From contig NIVC01000037.1 of the NCBI GenBank assembly GCA_002269645.1, positions 930,001 to 994,000 of the forward strand: 64,000 nucleotides of DNA. Reading direction: 5' to 3'. Within the stretch, counting starts at the first letter, position 1; each line of letters begins with the position of its first letter. The stretch is from Macrostomum lignano. Its lineage: Eukaryota. The notes below the pieces were generated by a model that made no database searches, was not told where the DNA came from, and was given only the letters and a program-made list of their open reading frames with translations. Of the stretch, positions 56,282 to 64,000 are shown piece after piece. Both the position numbers and the translations under genes were made by a program.

Positions 56282-58664
56282 GGCCCAGTCAATATTAAAT
56301 CCTATAAATTGAAATTATTAAGCCTAAAAGCTATAGCTATAGACTTTACAATAAGACAAAACTCAAAATTTGCTTAATTGCACTAGACTGACTGATTCTT
56401 CTTTAGGGTCTTTTTGTTTTAGCTAGAGGTCAGATGGGATCCCAATCCTGATCCCAAAATCCCACCTCCTGGGATCCTGAGGAAAATTATATTCCCATGG
56501 GACCAGGATCCCAACCCTAAAAACATGAGAATTGAGAACAGGTCTTTTGATCAAAAGTTTTTAAAATTAGGCCTAGTGATTACTTAAATGTTAACAAAAT
56601 AGCAAAATCAATAGCAATTAACTTGTATTCATTACATTATTTCTTTGTTCATTACAAAACTTTGCATCAATTTTGTTATTATAAGGTAATCTTCTAGTTT
56701 ATTGCATTAAATCATTTTTTTTAGTTAACTCTTTAGACTTTAGCCAATGTATTGATTTTGTAATGGTTAGAACACCTAGAGTGCCTACTACAATTGTCTC
56801 TAAAGCCAACCTAAGGCTGACTGCTAAGCTCATTGACATCAATATTAACTTATAAGAGCTTGTGCCACTGATGGCCAATGAGATATTGACTATTTGCTAG
56901 TTGGCTATATATGGACTCTTAAGAAATTATTCTTGGGTCTATAAATGATGTCCTAAAACTCTAGCCATGCAATAACAGTAACAAGGTGAAGCCCAGTTTA
57001 TTGATAGCTATTGCTAGTCATGTCTTAGGCTACCTTGTGTCCTATTTTATTCCACTTATTTAATTATCTATGTGAAAAAAATGAAAAATAAATTAATGTA
57101 GCAAACTAGATTGCCAAATATAGTAATAGTATTTGTTAATTGATTATATAATCTCCTTTATCAGTTAGGGGTAGATCTAAAGAAAAGGGGAGGCAAGGAG
57201 GCCATGGCCCCTTTCCTTAGCCATGGCCAATAAATATAGGCCATAATTGTTTGGCCCATGACTATACTATGCGAGGTCTATTTTGGTCTATTTTTCAATA
57301 TTGGGTTATAATGCTTGGTATAGCTTGGTCCTTCCCTCTAAATTTTTTTGGATTTGCCCTTTGCTCTCTTTATATTGATTATACCTTGGCAATAGTTAAC
57401 CCTATCGCAGCCCATGGCTTAGGTATGCTAGATGCCCACCCTAACTACACCACAGTGGCACCCAAAGAAGGATAATAGACTATGGGGGGTGGTGCTTCAC
57501 TTTGCCACACTACGCTGCATCTCTTACCACTTTGCCATGCCATGCCTCCTGTTTCTAGATATATATATATATATATAAAATAGAGTAAAATAAAGAGTCT
57601 TCAGTTAAATACCAAAATTCTAAATATAGTGTAGATTACCTAGACATCAATATCTAAATATACTAAATCTCTAATATTTTAAGCATACTAAATTTAAAAT
57701 AATCAAATTAGTGCCAAAAATTCAACTCATTTTAGTGCCACCCATATTAAGAGATTTTGGAAAAATGATACACCCCAAAAATTTCAATGTTTTTTACAAA
57801 TTAAAGGTTGTGATTTTTAACAACAGGTGCACAAACTTTATTATTGTTATTTTTTATATGTACAAAAAGAATGGCTATTTTTAGTTTTTTAGCTTTGTCT
57901 TATTTAAGTATTTAGCTTTATTAGTGATTAGTGATTAGCAAATGACATTGGCAATAATTTTCACAATCACAATCATAATCATGCTTGACAAAAATTAAAT
58001 CACAAAATTTTATGCACGTGCATAGCATAATAAAGGTGTTTGTCTAACCTCTATGCTAAACTATAAAAAATTTTGTATACCAACATATATGTGCAACCTT
58101 ATGAATTACTTAGTAGTCACCTGACTACTATTCTGTCCAATAGTGACTTACTTGTGTGTGTTGCCAATAGAAATGGCCAGGTGAATCCCTAGGTTGCACT
58201 CAAGCATGTATACCAACCCAAAAATCAAAGCTAAAAGCTAAAACAAAAAATGGTAGTATAGTAACACATTTTCAATAGACATTCATTAATGTTTTGCAAG
58301 CATAGTTTCATAGAAACATTAGCTAGTTTTTAGCAATATAACAAAACATTGTGTACTATGAAATTTTTATGCAATTATTGCATAATTGTTAAATAGTATC
58401 AATGCAACATATAAAACAAAAAGCATCAAGTAAATTAACCTATATAGTCACTAACACTCCAGCATACAGTATAACTAAGCACCAAAGTGTAGAGTATTAA
58501 AAATGCAATAAAAATAAGAATATTAATTTTTCTTCTAAGATTTTTTTTTTCAAAAGAAGCATGCCACCTATAGCAACTGTAAATATTTTGTTTCAGCTAT
58601 TTTTAGCCAGCAGTTTCAGAGAAATTAGCAATCTAGTTTTTAATTAGAGAACACAAGTGTATAC

Positions 58665-59712
58665 ATGGCTTCCGCTGCCTATCGAGTGCTGGTGTACGGC
58701 GGTCGTGGCGCCCTTGGCAGCCAGTGCGTGGCCAAGCTGCGCTCAGCTGGCTGCTGGGTTTGCACTGTGGATCTGCAGCACAATGACCAATCGGACGCTT
58801 GCATTGTGGCGCCACGATCTGCTCAGTCGCTAACCGAACAGGAGGCCGCCGTGATGTCCTCGGCTGGCATTATTGACGGCCTGTCACCGCACAGTCTCGA
58901 TGCCATCCTATGCGTTGCTGGCGGCTGGGCTGGCGGCAATGCAGCTAGCAAGAATTTTGTGCGCAACTGCGAATTGGTGAGACGCTGAACTGCTCCATAT
59001 TCATTAATTATAATGGGTCTCCGATTCATCGTTATACAATCTTCACCATTCTTGACAGAGAACTAAATCATCCGAGATTCGCTTCCAAGGTCATTTGAGA
59101 ATCGCCCCAAGCTTTCAATCAGCCAGACAGACAGACACAGACAGACAGACATAACTACATACCGGTATAGCAGAGAACAGAATAGCTCCGATTTTGTGAA
59201 CGACTAACCCTCTTAACGCCGGTAACCAATGAGATTCAGAGAATTGCTCATAGAATGTCCTCAAATCCTCCCAACCTCTCCAGGTGCTGCAGCAGTCCAT
59301 ATGGAGCAGCATTATTGCCGCCCGTCTGGCCAGCCGCTACCTCCGCCCAGGGGGTCTGCTGACGCTGTCCGGCGCACAGGCCGCGGCCTCCGGTGGCGCC
59401 ACTCCCGGCATGATTGGCTACGGCCTGGCCAAGGCGGCCGTCCATCAGCTGACCGCTTCTCTGGCCGCGCCAAAATCCGGCTTGCCCGAGGGCGCCACCG
59501 TGCTGGCTCTGCTGCCGGCTACGCTTGACACGCCGGCGAATCGGCGAGCAATGGGCGACGCCAAGGCTAGCGGATGGACGCCGTTGGAGTTCGTGGCCGA
59601 CCTGCTGCACAGCTGGCTGGTTGACAAGGACGCCAGACCGCCGTCAGGCAGTTTGCTAGCGTTGGTGACGCGGGACTCCGTCACCGAGGTGAAGCCGGTG
59701 ACGGCCGCTTAA
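58665..59712 (+). CDS. QDPR: Dihydropteridine reductase (SDR family); exons 58665-58976, 59284-59712
   Basis: VLVYGGRGALG, DAILCVAGGWAGG, TPGMIGYGLAKAAVHQL (YxxxK) and LDTPANR are characteristic of QDPR. The intron is phase 0. Confidence 0.95.
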
Positions 59713-59756
59713 CTGCTTAACGGCTGGTTATGTGACCGCCTTGAATAGGGGAGGGG

Positions 59757-60250
59757 GTTGTGAACGCTGTGAATAGGGAATCGTGAGTTTTGTTACCGCT
59801 GTGAATAGGGAATCGGGGGTTTTGTGACCGCTGTGAATAGGGAATCGTGAGTTTTGTTACCGCTGTGAATAGGGAATCGGGGGTTTTGTGACCGCTGTGA
59901 ATAGGGAATCGTGAGTTTTGTTACCGCTGTGAATAGGGAATCGTGAGTTTTGTTACCGCTGTGAATAGGGAATCGGGGGTTTTGTGACCGCTGTGAATAG
60001 GGAATTGTGGGTTTTGTGACCGCTGTGAATAGGTGATCGGGTGTTTTGTGACCGCTGTGAATAGGGAATCGTGAGTTTTGTTACCGCTGTGAATAGAAGA
60101 TCAGGGTGTGTGACCCCGTGAATAGGGAATCGGGTGTTTTGTGACCGCTGTGAATAGGGGATCGGAGTTCGTGTGACCGCTGTAAATATGGGATCGTGGG
60201 TTTTGTGACCGCTGTGAATAGTGAATCAGGGGTTGTAAGATCGGTGTGAA
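59757..60250. repeat. 32-bp minisatellite (CTGTGAATAGGGAATCGTGAGTTTTGTTACCG) just after the QDPR stop
   Basis: Directly visible. Confidence 0.95.
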
Positions 60251-60714
60251 TAGAGGAGCAAAGTGTGTGACCAATGTGAAGTGTGGATGGGGTTAGTTTT
60301 TTTATATTTCATATATTATACTCCAGTCTCCAGGGAGCTCTATAGCGGAGCTGAACTGATTGATTCAAGCATTCATTCATTTTTTAACTCTAATATTCAT
60401 CCAAATAGTTATAAATATTGTTTACAATTTTCATTATCGAGTTAATTCGACAATAATTTCATCCAGACAGTAATTCATTGTTATTTTTCATATTCATTAA
60501 TTCATTTTTCGCTACTTTTGAGTCGTATATATTCACTGCTGGAGTGTTGGAGTAGCTTATACTCTGGCAGCAGTTAATAAACATTCAAGCTTTTTACACT
60601 TTTGTAAGCTTGTCTGTTTTTTACTCAAATACCCTAGATGGTGTTAGTATTTGACGAAGTTTAAACTTCATCCTCATTTTTAAACTAACTTATTGATGAA
60701 TACTAGTTCTATGA

Positions 60715-61350
60715 CCCACCAAATGACCTATTGGGTTTCTACGACTCACCAAATGACCGTTGGTTTTTGCTGACCAAATGACCGATAAGGTTTTAGGGTG
60801 ATTGGATGAGCCACCAGATGACCAATAAGGTAGCTGTATGAGTTACCAGATGACCAATAGGGTAGCTGTATGAGCCACCTGATGACCAATAGGGTAGCTG
60901 TATGAGTTACCAGATGACCAATAGGGTAGCTGTATGAGCCACCTGATGACCAATAGGGTATCTGTATGAGCCACCTGATGACCAATAGGGTTAGCTGTAT
61001 GAGCCACCTGATGACCAATAGGGCTAGCTATATGAGCCACCAGATGACCATTAGGGTAACTGGATGAGCCACCAGATGACCAATATAGTGTAGCTGTATG
61101 AGCCACCAGATGAACAATATAGTGTAGCTGGATGAGCCACCAGATGAACAATATAGTGTAGCTGGATGAGCCACCAGATGACCAATATAGTGTAGCTGTA
61201 TGAGCCACCAGATGAACAATATAGTGTAGCTGGATGAGCCACCAGATGACCAATATAGTGTAGCTGGATGAGCCACCAGATGACCAATATAGTGTAGCTG
61301 GATGAGCCACCAGATGACCAACAGGGTAGCTGGATGAGCCACCAGATGAC
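60715..61350. repeat. 32-34-bp minisatellite (GAGCCACCAGATGACCAATAGGGTAGCTGTAT) upstream of SUB1
   Basis: Directly visible. Confidence 0.95.
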
Positions 61351-61396
61351 CGATCCCCGTCAACATTGCAGTGCGATCCCTCGAAGGCGCCCCGGC

Positions 61397-61771
61397 ATGT
61401 CAGACTCGGACAGCTCGTCTCTCTCATCGGTTGAAGACGAGATCAAGCCAAAGCCGCCGGCCGCCAAGAAGGCCGCCGCCACCGGAGGGGCCAACAGCAA
61501 GCAGCAGGCCAAGGCCGGCGACAAACGCAAGCGCCCGGCCAACAGCGACAACGAGGACCCGGACGAGAAGCGCGTTACTATTGGCAACCGTCGCTTCGTG
61601 TCTCTAAGCAATTTTCACGGCCGATTTTTTGTTGATATTCGCGAATTCTACGAGGACAAGAGCTCGGGCGAGCTGAAGCCCGGCAAGAAGGGCATCGCCC
61701 TAACCTTGGAGCAGTGGGACAATCTTAAGCGCAAGATTGACGCAGTGGACAAGCTGATCAAGGATGCTTAA
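61397..61771 (+). CDS. SUB1: PC4/SUB1 transcriptional coactivator, 124 aa, single coding exon
   Basis: Ser/acidic and Lys-rich N-terminus; PC4 domain IGNRRFVSLSNFHGRFFVDIREFYEDK..GELKPGKKGIALTLEQW. Confidence 0.93.
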   Translation: MSDSDSSSLSSVEDEIKPKPPAAKKAAATGGANSKQQAKAGDKRKRPANSDNEDPDEKRVTIGNRRFVSLSNFHGRFFVDIREFYEDKSSGELKPGKKGIALTLEQWDNLKRKIDAVDKLIKDA

Positions 61772-62639
61772 CCTGGCCACTGTTATTAGGTGAACTGCAA
61801 GCTCTTCAGTTGGTTGTTGCCAATTAAAATAATGTCATAAATCATTCGCAATCGGCCGGTCGTTTTCAATATTTCGGCATTTAGCTTATCGCAAATAACA
61901 CGGTGAATTAATGTTTTAAAATTCGTTCGTTTGGCCAGCTGTGTGACAGCGCGAATTGAGAAGCAAATAAAAAAGCTGCTTTAATAAACCAATCGTGTGT
62001 TGGCAGTGATTACTTAAGCCGCAGTCGTTCATTTCCTATCATAAATTGTGGCTTTGATTAAACAGATTCTTGTATTTAATTTATTCAAGTTTCAGTCTCT
62101 TGAAGGCTGTTTTCGTTAGCAATAAAAATTGTCTGGTTTTGCGCACTATATACTCTTATATTACTTATAGTAGTAAAGAGGCTTGTAACAAGAGGTTTAA
62201 CTACAGCCAACAACAAATAACAATGAATCGCGCCAATTATCATAAATATTTTTGTTTTTTACACATAAAAGTGCCAGGATACACGAGTAAAGATGCTATA
62301 CAAAGTGGGCAGTAAAAATACGTCAGGCAATGTGTGTGTACGCTGAACATAAAAATGCATTACAATGTTAGTATAATTTTTTATTCGGATCGAACAGTTT
62401 TGCTAAATAAGCGTGGGAAGAAACGAAGGTAGCTACTCACGACAATTTGTACATATATATTATTCTTAATTCTACAGTAATCTTTAGACAATATATGGAC
62501 GAACAAAGCAGGTGTGTGTCACGAGGGCATTTATTGCGTTGTACTTTTGTCTATCAGATTAACTGCCAACCACCAAATCAATCAGTTTGATCTTTGTAAA
62601 ATCTGCTGAGCGTTGCGACAAGCGTGGCTGGTCAATACT

Positions 62640-63245
62640 ATCAGTCAGTGTACATTGGGGGCTGGTCAGGACTATCTGTACATTACGGGGTGGGGCAGGA
62701 AGGGAAAGTTAAATCAGTGCACATAGCGGGGGCGGGGCGGGAAGGGACAATCAGTGTACATTGCGGGGGCGTGAAGGGACGATCAGTGTACATAGCGGGG
62801 GTGGGGCGTGAAGGGACAATCAGTGTACATTGCGGGGCGGGCGGGAAGGGAAAATCAGTGTACATAGTGGGGGCGGGGACAATCAGTGTACATAGCGGGG
62901 GCGGGAAGGGACAATCAGTGTACATAGCGGGGGCGGGGCGGGAAGGAAAAATCAGTGTACATAGCGGGGCGGCCGAGCGGGGCGGGAAGAGACAATCAGT
63001 GTACATAGCGGGGGCGGGAAGGGAAGGGACAATCAGTGTACATAGCGGGGGCGTGAAGGGACAATCAGTATACATAGCGGGGGCGTGAAGAGACAATCAG
63101 TGTACATAGCGGGGGCGGGCGGGAAGGGAAAATCAGTGTACATAGCGGGGCGGGGCGGTAAGAGACAATCAGTGTACATAGCGGGGCGGGGCGGGAAGAG
63201 ACAATCAGTGTAGATGGCGGGGGCGGGAAGGGAAAATCAGAGTAC
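62640..63245. repeat. G-rich minisatellite (ATCAGTGTACATAGCGGGGGCGGGGCGGGAAGGGACA-type, variable length)
   Basis: Directly visible. Confidence 0.93.
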
Positions 63246-63252
63246 ATTGCGG

Positions 63253-63641
63253 CTACACATCCGGCAGCTCAGTATCCATACTGGCCCTCGAGTACACAAT
63301 GTCCCATCGGTAGGGGAATCGCGAACAGCAGAATCTGAAGCAATTAACGCAGTAGCCCTCATGGAACGGATTGTAGGTCTCGGCCAGGTGCTTGAGGTAG
63401 CTGATCCGCTCGCGGGAGACTCGCTCCCAGGTGGTGGTGTTGCTGCAGGCCAGGTAGCAGTGGAACATGGTGAGGAAAGCCAGCGGCAGGCCAGTCAGAA
63501 CCAGCACCAGCATGTCCGCCGTATAGGCCCAGTTGGCCGCCAGCCAGCTGAGGGCACTCGTCCTGGTGTGAATGGACCGCCTGTGGAGCGGATCCGAGTG
63601 ATCGGGGAGATAAGACTGAGTGAGTCCGGGACAGTGCAAGG
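63253..63641 (-). CDS. Last exon of a DHHC palmitoyltransferase (ZDHHC12-like); 5' exon boundary uncertain (63615 or 63641)
   Basis: A TM helix followed by SNTTTWE (TTxE motif), RISYL, YNPFHEG (PaCCT-like) and NCFRFCC...W; stop at 63253-63255. Confidence 0.78.
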
Positions 63642-63667
63642 CTCGCAGAGACGGATGGAAAAACAAA

Positions 63668-64000
<333 letters not shown>

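Overview
Eukaryotic (metazoan) genomic DNA. GC-rich exons, minisatellite-filled introns and AT-rich TE-laden intergenic DNA suggest a lophotrochozoan, probably a Macrostomum-like flatworm; this identification is inference only. Host genes reconstructed by hand from splice sites: a Hox3-class homeobox gene, a USP30-like deubiquitinase, an HR96/NR1J nuclear receptor, eRF1, QDPR and PC4/SUB1 (all + strand), plus the last exon of a ZDHHC12-like palmitoyltransferase (- strand). Mobile DNA includes a truncated RTE LINE, mariner, hAT, MULE, Merlin and EnSpm remnants, several MITEs with target-site duplications (TSDs) and a tRNA-derived SINE family. Three observations stand out. (1) A complete 7.9-kb Mutator-like transposon (32369-40257, TIRs + TSD) carries a five-exon, uninterrupted 1001-aa ORF fusing a DDE transposase and SWIM finger to a USP/C19 deubiquitinase with all catalytic residues present. 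(2) A hAT-type MITE and a second element both carry a 64-nt copy of the 28S rRNA helix 69-71 region (the R2/I-PpoI/Pokey target), diverged mainly at the cleavage site. (3) The eRF1 UAG-C stop is followed after 6 nt by a GC hairpin and a 33-codon in-frame extension, a candidate autoregulatory readthrough signal.
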